Source of the DNA: Candidatus Poribacteria bacterium
Lineage (GTDB): Bacteria > Poribacteria > WGA-4E > WGA-3G
DNA length: 64,000 nt
Reading direction: 5' to 3'
Assembly: GCA_965198235.1 (NCBI GenBank)
Contig: OZ240248.1
Span: forward strand, 4,448,001-4,512,000
Shown: positions 30,514 through 42,828 of the stretch, one piece after another
Layout of the letters: each line of letters opens with the position of its first letter
Position numbering within the stretch: position 1 is the stretch's first letter
The notes under the pieces: generated by a model
The model's database searches: none
What the model saw: the letters and a program-made list of their open reading frames with translations, nothing else
What the model was told of the DNA's origin: nothing
Position numbers and translations under genes: made by a program

Positions 30514-32070
30514 TTACCCGTTGAAAGCATTCGATCTTGCCATCCGGTCGTGTAATGCGACCACTTCGTTTGCAATGGTCATATCGTCAGTCGGTGTTGG
30601 AATGACATCTGGGTGGGGTGGGATAACGGGTCGGATAATCTTCAGTTGGAGCTGTTCGCGGGCATCCATCATCCAACCAAAGCCACGGAAGATATAGGTC
30701 AATAGCGTTCTGTCACTTTCATAGATGTCCAATCCTTCTTGGACTGCCCATCCACCGAAGTCGGTATTCGGTGTTAAACGGAGGGGCGGTTCATTCTCAC
30801 GTCCGGGACGGACAAAGCCTTCGATGAAAGCGAGTTGGTAAATGCGCTGTGTAATACCCAACCGTTTTTTCTGCTGATCGTTGAGTTGAATGTCCCCATT
30901 GTCAACAGCTTCTAAGAAAGGATTGAAATAGATAGCAGGTCTGGGGTCTTGCTGGATTTCATCGGAGCGGCCAGCGGCAGCGATTTCCGGATGCCCAAAG
31001 GTCGGTAGTGCAGACAGCATCCGTTGACGGATTGCATCCTCACGCGCTTTGGTATCCAGCGGCTCAATTTGATTAATGAAAGCCGTCATGTCGTGAATCG
31101 CGCCGAAGTGCCGGTCACCATCTAACGTCATCTGTGATGCGACAAAAAAGTCAGAGACCGCACCGGTGTGCAAAGTGGCAAGATAGCGTGCGACGACGTT
31201 GGAACCTGCGGAACCGTGGTGTGCCTGTATGATACCCATCCGTTCTAAGATATTCGCTTCGACGGTGCTGGCTTCTCGCCCTAAGAGGAGACTGTAGCAG
31301 GTTTGGAAGGCAGTTTTTTCACGCTTTTGGTGCTCGGTGATGAGGTCGGTTGCGCGCATGGCGAGGACCTGTGGATGTAGGGCATTGTTTTCACGGAGCT
31401 GATGGCGCATATACACAGAGACTGTCCCGACTGCGACATTCTCCATGTGCGTCCCGATCAGTTCAAGCAGGAGCGCGCCGGGGTGCCGGGTGCCGTTAAT
31501 CCCTTTCTGATTCGGATGACTGAGTTTACGGAGTGTTGAGAAATGTTGAATGGCAGCTTCGGGACCTGCCTTTGGGAAGGCTTTAACAAATTCTGCGACC
31601 TGATTGACGAGGCGATGTTTACCGGTTAGGCTCCCTCTGCGAGCCACAGCAAAGTTATAAAATTTCTTATCTATTAATTCTGACAGCAGTGCTTCTTCGT
31701 CAAGCCCAGTTGTATCCGTTTCAGGTTTTCTACCGAAGAGCCCAGCGAAGATGACACTTGCGGGACTGGCTTGACCCGCGACGATCTCACTTTCGGATAT
31801 AATACCACGAATAGCAAAACTGCGAATGTTCAATGTTATCTGGGTGCCAGCACAGTCAACCGCAACTTTGTGCAACACCGGATTCGCGAAAACGGTTGTC
31901 GATTGTGGCATTGAGCTGAAACTGGTAAGCACGGCTGCAATCTTGTCTTCACCCAACTCTGCCGCTCTGTTTAAGGAATCCGTTACTGGGGCATACGTTG
32001 AGGCTTCTGGCACACCAGACAGGATTTTTCGGACCGCGGCTACCTGCTTCGCCCCCAAAATCTTGTTCAA
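30514..32070 (-). CDS. Divergent citrate-synthase-family protein
   Basis: AHHG, HFGA, TFGHP, DPR, PNTDF and IIRP motifs in order; directly upstream of icd. Confidence 0.7.
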   Translation of the reverse strand: MNKILGAKQVAAVRKILSGVPEASTYAPVTDSLNRAAELGEDKIAAVLTSFSSMPQSTTVFANPVLHKVAVDCAGTQITLNIRSFAIRGIISESEIVAGQASPASVIFAGLFGRKPETDTTGLDEEALLSELIDKKFYNFAVARRGSLTGKHRLVNQVAEFVKAFPKAGPEAAIQHFSTLRKLSHPNQKGINGTRHPGALLLELIGTHMENVAVGTVSVYMRHQLRENNALHPQVLAMRATDLITEHQKREKTAFQTCYSLLLGREASTVEANILERMGIIQAHHGSAGSNVVARYLATLHTGAVSDFFVASQMTLDGDRHFGAIHDMTAFINQIEPLDTKAREDAIRQRMLSALPTFGHPEIAAAGRSDEIQQDPRPAIYFNPFLEAVDNGDIQLNDQQKKRLGITQRIYQLAFIEGFVRPGRENEPPLRLTPNTDFGGWAVQEGLDIYESDRTLLTYIFRGFGWMMDAREQLQLKIIRPVIPPHPDVIPTPTDDMTIANEVVALHDRMARSNAFNG

Positions 32071-32502
32071 AATGAATTCTCCTTCGTTGACTTTTTAGTA
32101 GAATTTTTCGTCTTGCAAGTTTCTCCGAGATTTAATTCGTCCGACTCCACGCAACCCCTCTTCACGGGACAGAAGGATGAGGTGCTTCAGATTCCGCTTA
32201 AAAAAGTTTCTGATCAACTCTCGCCAATATCTTAATATATTTTAGCAGAATTTTGATTAAAAGTCAAGTAAAACTCAAGATAAAATTGAAAAGCACATAG
32301 GATTAAAGCTACAAGCCTATCCTGATTATATCAAAAATTTGACTTGCAGAAATGCGAATTTTGTAGTATCATTATTAAGGAGCGTATTTGATAAAGGGGA
32401 CGCTGCGCGTACCGAGACTATAGCAAACTTACAAACAGACATCGGTGGCGCGCCGCACGGTGCCTCGCATTCTACTTTTTCACAGATAAGGAGCTTGACT
32501 AC

Positions 32503-32802
32503 ATGAGCAATGAAGCATTAGGAATGGTTGAAACACGCGGACTCATTGGTGCGATCGAAGCTGCCGACACCATGGTGAAAGCCGCAAACGTCAAACTGAT
32601 TGGAAAAGAACAGGTAGGTGGCGGTTTCGTCACTGTTCTGGTTCGCGGAGACGTCGGTGCGGTGCAAGCCGCGACAGATGCTGGAGCAGAAGCGGCAAAA
32701 TCAGTCGGCGAATTAGTGTCGGTGCACGTCATCCCTCGCCCACATTCAGATGTAGAGGCCATTCTCGGCGGGAATTCTTCTGCCAAGGGTAACAGCGAAT
32801 AA
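32503..32802 (+). CDS. BMC hexamer shell protein (EutM/PduA-like)
   Basis: [31 protein letters not shown]. Confidence 0.95.
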   Translation: MSNEALGMVETRGLIGAIEAADTMVKAANVKLIGKEQVGGGFVTVLVRGDVGAVQAATDAGAEAAKSVGELVSVHVIPRPHSDVEAILGGNSSAKGNSE

Positions 32803-32968
32803 ATCGGCTTTGTAGGGTGAGGAATGGCTTTCGTACCTCAGCCCTACACCGCTTTAGCAGAGAACACGTTGCGCTCCCACACGGTCTGTATCTATCGCCT
32901 GGATCCGTTAGTGGTTTCAGCACGTGTTCCCGTAGCGCGTCCTGCGCAACGAGGTATTGGAGGGCTGA

Positions 32969-34399
32969 ATGGCACAAATTGACGAAAAACAGATTGAAGA
33001 GATTGTCTCCCAAGTATTAAGAACACTACAACAAGACGGAACAGTTGCAAGACAGCCTGCTACGTCCGCGGCGGTGAGTTCCTCCTCGCGGGCAGGCGTT
33101 TTTGGGACAGCGACAGAGGCGATCGCAGCCGCAGAAACGGCACAGGCAGCATTTGTCAAACTTGGGTTTGCAAAAAGACGCGAGATCATCGAAGCGATCA
33201 AAGAAGTATCGCTCGCGAACGCGAAACGTCTCGCGGACTTGGCAGTACAAGACACAAATATGGGGAACGCGGTACATAAGGTGATGAAAAATGAGGGAGC
33301 TGTAACACTCTCACCGGGTGTGGAGGATCTTCTCTCCGAGGCGGTATCGGGTGATACTGGAACGCTTCTCATCGAATATGTCCCTTTCGGCGTTATCAAC
33401 TCGATTACCCCTACTACGAATCCGACATCAACGGTGATTAACCACGCGATTATAATGCTATCAGCAGGGAATGCTGTTGTGTTCAGCCCGCACCCAAATG
33501 CCCGCGACTGTACCGAAGAGACGATGCACGTTATCAACGAGGCAATCGTCAAGGCAGGGGGTCCCGCCAACCTGCTCACCTCGGTTGCAAACGCCAGCCT
33601 GCGAACGGCGAAGGAGATCATGGAGCATCCTGACATCGCCATGCTCGTCGCGACCGGTGGTGCATCCGTCGTCCGGACAGCACTCTCAAGCGGTAAAAAG
33701 ACAATCGCCGCCGGACCTGGCAATCCGCCTGCGATCATTGACGAAACAGCGGATGTTCAACAGGCAGCGCAACATGTCATTGCAGGCACCAGTTTCGACA
33801 ATAACCTGCTCTGCATCGGTGAAAAAGCACTTTTCGTTATCGATTCTGTAGCAAACGAAACGATTCAGGAGTTAACGCGGAATGGAGGTCATCTACTCGG
33901 TGCGAGCCAGCTTCAGGCATTAGAAGCGGTTGTCACAGAAAAAGAGGAATCAAACAAGGAATACATCGGTAAAGATGCGCTGACCATTTTAAACGCCGCC
34001 GGTATCACAGCCCCTGCAGAAACAGTCGCGATTGTTGTAGAAGTTCCAGCGGACCACGGGTTTGTTATCAACGAATATCTGATGCCGATTCTGCCCGTTG
34101 TGCGTTGCAGCGATTTCGACGAGGCGTTGGCAGGCGCAATCAGAGCAGAAGGCGGACGTGGGCACACCGCAGTGCTTCACACAAATAACACCAAACGCAT
34201 CACGCAGTTCACAAAAGCGATGGACTGTAGCGTTGTGGTCATTAACGCACCCTCTTACGCGTCCTGTGGATTAGAAGGCGAAGGATACCTCGCGATGACC
34301 ATTGCGGGACCGACAGGCGAAGGGTTCACGCGTCCACGCACCTTCACACGTCAGAGACGATTAACGATCGCAGGCGATTTATCAGCACACACACAGTGA
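32969..34399 (+). CDS. CoA-acylating aldehyde dehydrogenase (EutE/PduP-like) with encapsulation peptide
   Basis: N-terminal IEEIVSQVLRTL amphipathic peptide; PTTNPT, ATGG, GPGNPP, NLLCIGEK. Confidence 0.92.
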   Translation: MAQIDEKQIEEIVSQVLRTLQQDGTVARQPATSAAVSSSSRAGVFGTATEAIAAAETAQAAFVKLGFAKRREIIEAIKEVSLANAKRLADLAVQDTNMGNAVHKVMKNEGAVTLSPGVEDLLSEAVSGDTGTLLIEYVPFGVINSITPTTNPTSTVINHAIIMLSAGNAVVFSPHPNARDCTEETMHVINEAIVKAGGPANLLTSVANASLRTAKEIMEHPDIAMLVATGGASVVRTALSSGKKTIAAGPGNPPAIIDETADVQQAAQHVIAGTSFDNNLLCIGEKALFVIDSVANETIQELTRNGGHLLGASQLQALEAVVTEKEESNKEYIGKDALTILNAAGITAPAETVAIVVEVPADHGFVINEYLMPILPVVRCSDFDEALAGAIRAEGGRGHTAVLHTNNTKRITQFTKAMDCSVVVINAPSYASCGLEGEGYLAMTIAGPTGEGFTRPRTFTRQRRLTIAGDLSAHTQ

Positions 34400-34470
34400 C
34401 GCAAGTAGATGTATTTGCGACCGGTCAAGGTTGTTTAAAATTTTTCAGAAGCCCTTCTAAAACCGGGTAA

Positions 34471-36501
<2,031 letters not shown>

Positions 36502-36595
36502 ACTTTCCGTCTTTTACGCCTAAGCATTTCTATTGTCGAATCTACTTCTTTGTATTCCCGAATTGCTATCCCGCCGGTGTTGAATCCTAAGATCT

Positions 36596-37273
36596 TCATT
36601 CAGACGACTGGTAATATGCACACGATACCTGCAAACGACACTCTTGACAGTTCGGTGTTTTCTTGTGGCAGACTCTTGCACCGTGCCCAACAATCAGTGC
36701 ATGGTATTCGTTGAATAGGTCGACATCGTGGGGAAGGTTGTCCATAAACAGCGCACGAAGCTTGTCATAGTCATATCTCCCTGTAACCCATCCCAGCCGC
36801 GAGAAGAGCCTATAGGTATATGAATCAACAACAAAGCTCGGTTTGCCAGCAGCATAGAGGATAATCGTATCCGCTGTCTCAGGACCGACACCGTAGATAG
36901 AGAGCAGTTCTTCACGCAATTCGGGGACATCTTGCGTAAACATCATAGGCATAGGACGTTCTTCGATATGTTCCACAAATGCACGCACCTTCTGTGCCTT
37001 CATCCGAAAGTAGCGCGACGGGCGGAGGAGCCGTTCCAAAGAGGCTTGACTGATAGATGCTATCCCTTCAGGCGTAAAAGCATCAGCCCCTTTGAGATTG
37101 TCCATCGCTTTTTCGACGTTGCGCCACGAAGTCGCTTGTGTTAGGATCGCACCAAGTGCCACTTCAAATGGTGTGTCTGCGGGCCACCATTTACGGTTCC
37201 CGTGTTGCGCGAGAAGTTGATTATAGAGTGTAAACAGTTTTTTAGTAATATTTCCTTCACATAGAATTTGCAT
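36596..37273 (-). CDS. HhH-GPD endonuclease III-related glycosylase
   Basis: WWPADTPFEVALGAILTQ, GVGPETAD, VVDSY, C-terminal Fe-S cysteine motif. Confidence 0.85.
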   Translation of the reverse strand: MQILCEGNITKKLFTLYNQLLAQHGNRKWWPADTPFEVALGAILTQATSWRNVEKAMDNLKGADAFTPEGIASISQASLERLLRPSRYFRMKAQKVRAFVEHIEERPMPMMFTQDVPELREELLSIYGVGPETADTIILYAAGKPSFVVDSYTYRLFSRLGWVTGRYDYDKLRALFMDNLPHDVDLFNEYHALIVGHGARVCHKKTPNCQECRLQVSCAYYQSSE

Positions 37274-37307
37274 ACGCAGAAAGTCCTCTAACAAAAAAGG
37301 AAAAACT

Positions 37308-38186
37308 ATGGATTTAAGTTTCAGTACGAGCGCGGGCGACGGCGGTTGGAGCCTTGCCGAATGCGCAGCGTGGGCAAAAGCCAATGGATTTGACGCAATC
37401 CGTCCGAACGCCACCGGCGTTGTCGAACCGAGTGCCATTATACAATCTGGCGGTGAAGAGGTCAAGGAAATTCTGGATACCCACGGCATCTATCTCGCTG
37501 CCACAACAGCGCATAGTAACCTGCTTGACGATGACCCAGAAACACGGGAGAACGCGCGTGACGCATTGATGCAAGCAATCGAAGCGACACACATTCTTGG
37601 TGCCCCCGTGGTGGTGACCTACGCTGGCAGTCCCGTGAGTTGGCATTTCTATGGGCAGTTCTCATCAGAACCGGGCAATCCAGGAGACAGGTCGGTTGAA
37701 CTCGTCGGGCGATTTAAAGAGATGTGGACCCCTGTCGTCCGCTTCGCCGAAGAGAAAGGCGTGCAGCTTGCGCTTGATTGCGCCGTACGCATGGGCAACA
37801 TCGCCTGCAATCCGGAAATGTGGGAACGTATCCTCGAGGCAATTCCGTCAGATTCGCTGGGGCTGTCTTGTGACCCGTCGCACTGGCTCTGGATGGGGAT
37901 TTTACCCGCTGAGGACGCAATTCGCATGTTTAACGGCAAGTGGTATTACGCCGATGTGAAGGATTGCGAAATCAGTCCACAGATGCAGTTTCGGCAGGGC
38001 ATCATCGGGAACTGGTGGTGGCAATACCGTGTGCCCGGGCGCGGGCAATTGAATTGGGGGACGATCACCGGTGCGCTGCAGGAATCTGGCTACGATTATG
38101 TCCTATGCGTTGAAAACGAGGATCGCGGTGCCCCAGGATTAGAGGGTTTCGCCCTCGGCGGTAGGTATCTCCGGCAATTTCTATAG
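37308..38186 (+). CDS. Sugar phosphate isomerase/epimerase (xylose isomerase-like TIM barrel)
   Basis: DPSH, KD, PGRGQLNW, VENED. Confidence 0.85.
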   Translation: MDLSFSTSAGDGGWSLAECAAWAKANGFDAIRPNATGVVEPSAIIQSGGEEVKEILDTHGIYLAATTAHSNLLDDDPETRENARDALMQAIEATHILGAPVVVTYAGSPVSWHFYGQFSSEPGNPGDRSVELVGRFKEMWTPVVRFAEEKGVQLALDCAVRMGNIACNPEMWERILEAIPSDSLGLSCDPSHWLWMGILPAEDAIRMFNGKWYYADVKDCEISPQMQFRQGIIGNWWWQYRVPGRGQLNWGTITGALQESGYDYVLCVENEDRGAPGLEGFALGGRYLRQFL

Positions 38187-38409
38187 GCAACTTTTAGATT
38201 CTATAAACATGCTGAAGAAACACCCAAGCAAATAAACCTTACAGGACTCAAAAGGGGTGCGAATCCGCTAGACTTGCGGACCTATCCTTCCCATCGGGAA
38301 ACTAAAGAATGGAAAACTAAATGACCCTATCTGTCTACTTCTTGCAATTGATTTCGATTTGTGCTAATCTACAAGTGCATCCTATCCTGCTCGAAACGAC
38401 GGATAAAAA

Positions 38410-39471
38410 ATGGTAAAGCAATTACAACCGAAATCACACAGAATCGTGATTCTTGCCGAGGGTTCGTTCGGTATTCTCGAATCGAAAACCGCTACGGTTT
38501 TAGTTCGCTATCTCCCTGAGAACGTTGTCGCAGTTATCGACAGTGCGAATGCGGGACGAGACACCAGTGAGATCATTGAGATTGGGGCGGGTATCCCTAT
38601 TGTCCAGGATCTCGCCGAAGCGATGCAATTTGAGCCGACACTGCTCGCTATCGGTATTGCCCCACCCGGCGGCGAGCTGCCGTATGCTTGGCGCGCAATC
38701 CTTCACGAAGCGATACACAACCGTTTACACGTTATGAGTGGTTTGCACCAATTCCTGAGTGAGGATACAGAACTCGCAGCACTCGCAGCGGCACACGATG
38801 TGCTGTTATGGGATGCCCGGAAACCGCCTGCCAACCTACCCGTCGCCACGTGCAAAGCCGATGAGGTCGATGCCACAGTTATCTTAACCGTGGGTTCAGA
38901 TTGCCGCGTGGGTAAAATGCTATCCGGCATAGAGGTCACGCGTGCGGCACGCGAGCGCGGTTTGGATGCTGAATTCTGTCCAACGGGGCAAAACGGGATC
39001 ATGGTATGGGGCTGGGGTATTGCGATCGATGCCGTTGTCTCTGATTTCACTGCCGGTGCCGCGGAGCAGATTGTGCTTGAAGGTGCGAAAGACCATTCGC
39101 TTCTTATCGTTGAAGGACAGGGTTCGCTCGTCCATCCTGGATACTCTGGCGTGACGTTAAGCTTGCTCCACGGCAGTCTGCCAGATGCGATGATATTTTG
39201 TCATCAACCCTCGCGGGATACGGTTGCTCGGTATACGGTGCCGTTGCCATCGTTACTTGAGATGATAGCACAGTATGAAGCAATGGCTGCCCCAATAAAG
39301 CCTGCCAAAGTGATCGGATTGGCGTTGAATTGTTTCGATCTGTCCGAGGCAGCGGCGCGTGAGGCAGTCATGGCAGCGGAGGCAGAGACGGGGTTACCTG
39401 CAACGGATGTCGTGCGATTCGGTGCAGATAAACTCGTTGACGCTGTTCAGAAGGTGCACACAGGAAAGTAG
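38410..39471 (+). CDS. DUF1611 family P-loop protein
   Basis: KTA, SGLH, GSDCRVGKM, TGQNG, EGQGSLVHP. Confidence 0.9.
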   Translation: MVKQLQPKSHRIVILAEGSFGILESKTATVLVRYLPENVVAVIDSANAGRDTSEIIEIGAGIPIVQDLAEAMQFEPTLLAIGIAPPGGELPYAWRAILHEAIHNRLHVMSGLHQFLSEDTELAALAAAHDVLLWDARKPPANLPVATCKADEVDATVILTVGSDCRVGKMLSGIEVTRAARERGLDAEFCPTGQNGIMVWGWGIAIDAVVSDFTAGAAEQIVLEGAKDHSLLIVEGQGSLVHPGYSGVTLSLLHGSLPDAMIFCHQPSRDTVARYTVPLPSLLEMIAQYEAMAAPIKPAKVIGLALNCFDLSEAAAREAVMAAEAETGLPATDVVRFGADKLVDAVQKVHTGK

Positions 39472-39483
39472 GGAAAAATTCCA

Positions 39484-40929
39484 ATGAGAAAGATAAAAAG
39501 ACCTGAAACATCAGAAACGCCCAAACATACAAATGTCGAAATTTCGGTTAAGAACTTCGGTCCGATTGCAGATGCTACAATAAATCTTCATCCGTTGACA
39601 GTGTTTGTAGGTCCGAGCAACACAGGGAAAACTTATTTTTCCACGCTTATCTATGCGTTGCACGGGGTTTTTACCGGATTCTTAAAATTCCCAGGACGAT
39701 TTAAACACTTAGGCCTCCACGGTTTCAAGGACTTGGTAGATCGAAATTGGAACGAGATTCGTTCGATTCTCAAAAAACTAAACACATCTGATCAATCATT
39801 TCAGTTTTCTGATTTGCCCCAGGAAATTCGTGAGAGTTTAGAGTCAGACCTCAAGAATCCGGAAAGCATAGCGAATGAACTCAAGCGCTGCTTTGATTTA
39901 AATTCAATTACAGAATTGATTCGTTTAAAAAACGGTCAACGCAGTGAAATGAACATCTCTCTGGAAGTCAGGAGGGAAAATCAGAGTCTATGGGATTTCG
40001 ATATAGAAAGCGACGAATCAAACTTTGCGGTATGTGGTTCAGTTAACAAAGATTTAGTACTTTACAACAAAGAGTCATTAATCTCAAACGGGGCACTCGA
40101 TATTGATGATTTATTCTTCTGGGCCTCTACTGAATTAGAGAAATATGCAGAAAACAGAACCTACTTACCGGCCGCCCGAAGTGGGATTATGCAGAGTCAC
40201 CGAGTGATTGCAAGCTCACTGGTCGAACGTGCGACTCGCGGAGGTCTCACCCCTCTAGAAGTTCCAACATTCTCAGGGATTGTCGCAGATTTTATGCAGC
40301 AACTCATACTCTACAAAGAATCCGAAGCACCTGACGAAGGAATGAAACACCTTGCCGAAGCCATAGAATCCGATATACTCGCAGGTCAGATACTCATGAA
40401 ACCTACACCAAGTGGATATCCGGAATTTCTTTACCGCCCGCGCGTAATGGGGGAAGAAGTCCGTCTCACACGTGCAGCGTCTATGGTGTCTGAACTTGCT
40501 CCTGTTGTGCTGTTTCTCCGCGGTGGGATTCGCCCTGGCAATACGCTTATTATCGAGGAACCGGAGGCGCATCTGCACCCCGGTGCACAAACTGATATAG
40601 CATTAACCCTTGCCGGCTTAGTCCGTGCTGGTGTTCGTGTGGTTGTGACAACACACAGCGACTGGTTGCTGAAAGAAATCGCGAATCTGATTCGGATAGG
40701 AGATCTGAAAAGAAAAGGTGTGCCACAAGTGAAAAAGATGGAATCAATATACTGGCTGCTACCAGAAGACGTAGGAACATGGTGGTTTCAAAAGGACGGG
40801 ATAGTGAAACATATTCCCTTTGACCCCACTGAGGGCATAGAACCGAAAGATTACGAAGATGTGGCTTATAAACTCTATGACCAGTCGGTTAACCTCCAAG
40901 ACCTACTTGAGAAAGTCAACAGGGAGTAG
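39484..40929 (+). CDS. AAA_15/AAA_21 ABC-type ATPase
   Basis: KNFGPI, GPSNTGKT, YLPAARSG, IIEEPEAHLHP, TTHSD. Confidence 0.9.
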   Translation: MRKIKRPETSETPKHTNVEISVKNFGPIADATINLHPLTVFVGPSNTGKTYFSTLIYALHGVFTGFLKFPGRFKHLGLHGFKDLVDRNWNEIRSILKKLNTSDQSFQFSDLPQEIRESLESDLKNPESIANELKRCFDLNSITELIRLKNGQRSEMNISLEVRRENQSLWDFDIESDESNFAVCGSVNKDLVLYNKESLISNGALDIDDLFFWASTELEKYAENRTYLPAARSGIMQSHRVIASSLVERATRGGLTPLEVPTFSGIVADFMQQLILYKESEAPDEGMKHLAEAIESDILAGQILMKPTPSGYPEFLYRPRVMGEEVRLTRAASMVSELAPVVLFLRGGIRPGNTLIIEEPEAHLHPGAQTDIALTLAGLVRAGVRVVVTTHSDWLLKEIANLIRIGDLKRKGVPQVKKMESIYWLLPEDVGTWWFQKDGIVKHIPFDPTEGIEPKDYEDVAYKLYDQSVNLQDLLEKVNRE

Positions 40930-40935
40930 CAGCGA

Positions 40936-41451
40936 GTGGGATTCAAAGAGCTTCTTACAGAAATCGGGAAGCAGGTAAATGAAGAATGCCTTAGCAAATC
41001 CTGTAGCGGAGATGGATGTCGTGTATATCTAACTGGTACCCCCTCTGACCGAGTTATCGTAAATCTTGAATGTGAGTTTAAACAGCGTAAAATAGACGCA
41101 AAACGATGTGATTATGTCCTCTTCTGTGGGGATGCCTCTCAAAATAATTTGGTTGTTGTTCTCATAGAACTCAAAAGCGGTACTTTTAAAACAACAGCAG
41201 TGACCGACCAACTACAAAGAGGTGCTAACTTCGTCACAGAAATGTTTGAAAAATTGCCTGAGGAGGCAAACGCGGCACTAAGCACACTCGAAATTACATG
41301 CGTTCCTGCTCTGTTTCATGGTAAACGCATCGACAGATTTGAACTCCGCGAACTCGAACGTGCTAAAATCCGCTTCCTTAGTCAGAACCCAACAATTAAG
41401 AGACGTAAATGTGGCGAACCAAAGAATCTTGCCTTAGTTTTGAGAGGATAA
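40936..41451 (+). CDS. Hypothetical protein, possible PD-(D/E)xK fold
   Basis: RCDYV...IELKSG...QL; starts 6 bp after the ATPase. Confidence 0.65.
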   Translation: MGFKELLTEIGKQVNEECLSKSCSGDGCRVYLTGTPSDRVIVNLECEFKQRKIDAKRCDYVLFCGDASQNNLVVVLIELKSGTFKTTAVTDQLQRGANFVTEMFEKLPEEANAALSTLEITCVPALFHGKRIDRFELRELERAKIRFLSQNPTIKRRKCGEPKNLALVLRG

Positions 41452-41557
41452 ACCGTTCTAAAACTTCGACACCCTCTCAAAAAGAGAGCTCACAGAGAAA
41501 ACGGAAGCATACTATAATCCTCTATCTCAGAAGAACCAAGGAAGGAGATGTAAACCT

Positions 41558-42358
41558 ATGACTGACGAAGAAAAATTTCGATTTGACTTGAGTGGATTCC
41601 TCGTCCGTCCCGCGATCCTTGAACGCGACGAAGTAGCCGCAATTGTTGAACAAATTGAACGGATACATCACGAACCAGAGTCTTTACCGCCAGAACACCG
41701 CGCCGTTCCCGGTGGTCCTGCGAGTGTCCTGATCGACCACCCCAAAGTGCTCGATGTCTTGCACGAAATCATCGGACCCGATGTCCGGTTAGAGAACTGT
41801 TCCTCCGTCTGGCGTGAAAAGGGGCAGGAACACGGTGGACTCCACGGCGGCGGACCGCAACAAGGCGATCCGATCTTCGGGTACCGCTTCAATAATGGAC
41901 GCATTCACGCAGGGATGGTGCGCGTCGTCTTTGAACTCACAGATGTCACCAAAAAGGATGGTGCGACACACTTCATAGCGGGCAGTCATAAGTCTAACTT
42001 CCCGATGCATCCGGATCACATGTCGTTAGAGGACGGGGAACGGAGTCCGTTCCTGATGTCGTATGAATGTCCAGCAGGCAGTGCGATCTTCTTTACCGAG
42101 AACCTGTGTCATGCAGGTCCCGTGTGGCAACGGGAGGCACCCCGCGTCGCAGTGCTAAACGCCTACGCACATCTCGCGACCCACTGGCATCGGTTAAAGA
42201 CTCCCCCTGAAGTAATCTCCGCGCTACCGCGTGACAAGCAGGCATATTTCCGTGAACCGTGGGTCGCTGATTTCCGCACAAGCCCGGCAACGATTAATAC
42301 GATCGAACGGTTTTTGAACAACGACGAACCGCCTGTCAATACCGATACCAAGCCGTGA
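41558..42358 (+). CDS. PhyH-family oxygenase (HxG variant)
   Basis: FDLSGFL, LHGGG, DGATHFIAGSHK, LCHAG. Confidence 0.85.
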   Translation: MTDEEKFRFDLSGFLVRPAILERDEVAAIVEQIERIHHEPESLPPEHRAVPGGPASVLIDHPKVLDVLHEIIGPDVRLENCSSVWREKGQEHGGLHGGGPQQGDPIFGYRFNNGRIHAGMVRVVFELTDVTKKDGATHFIAGSHKSNFPMHPDHMSLEDGERSPFLMSYECPAGSAIFFTENLCHAGPVWQREAPRVAVLNAYAHLATHWHRLKTPPEVISALPRDKQAYFREPWVADFRTSPATINTIERFLNNDEPPVNTDTKP

Positions 42359-42475
42359 CATAAAATGGCGAGGTGTAGAAACCTCGCCAGCGATCATAGT
42401 TGCGTTGTGTAGGGCGGAGTTCAATCTGCCCATCGTTGAAATATTTTACAACCAGAAATAAAACGCAGTCCAGCG

Positions 42476-42595
42476 TTACGGCATCGTCGGTACAGTAATC
42501 TCACCAGCGATGATGCCTGCTTTCAGTGCCTCAACTTTTTCGAGGAGTTCCTCAGAAAGCAGATCGCTGTTGCCTTCACCAAGCATATAACCCAA
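42476..42595 (-). pseudogene. C-terminal remnant resembling a BMP-family ABC substrate-binding lipoprotein
   Basis: GYMLGEGNSDLLSEELLEKVEALKAGIIAGEITVP. Confidence 0.5.
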
Positions 42596-42689
42596 ACTAT
42601 TAAAATATTTCTTAAACTTCATAACCCCATTACCGAACTTGGGCACCCAAAACCCGAGAAAAAACGACTCTATCCGTGCTGAAAATACC

Positions 42690-42718
42690 TTGCTTTTTCG
42701 CGTTAAATCAGGTATAAT
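42690..42718 (+). promoter_or_regulatory. Sigma70 promoter of the helicase gene
   Basis: TTGCTT-17 bp-TATAAT. Confidence 0.6.
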
Positions 42719-42828
42719 AATCATGGAATTACTACAGTGGAAACGACTAAATTTCAGCATAAATATTACATCATATCAACGATAAAAAAACATATCAATT
42801 TCCGATAGAATGTACGGAGGGAAACCCG

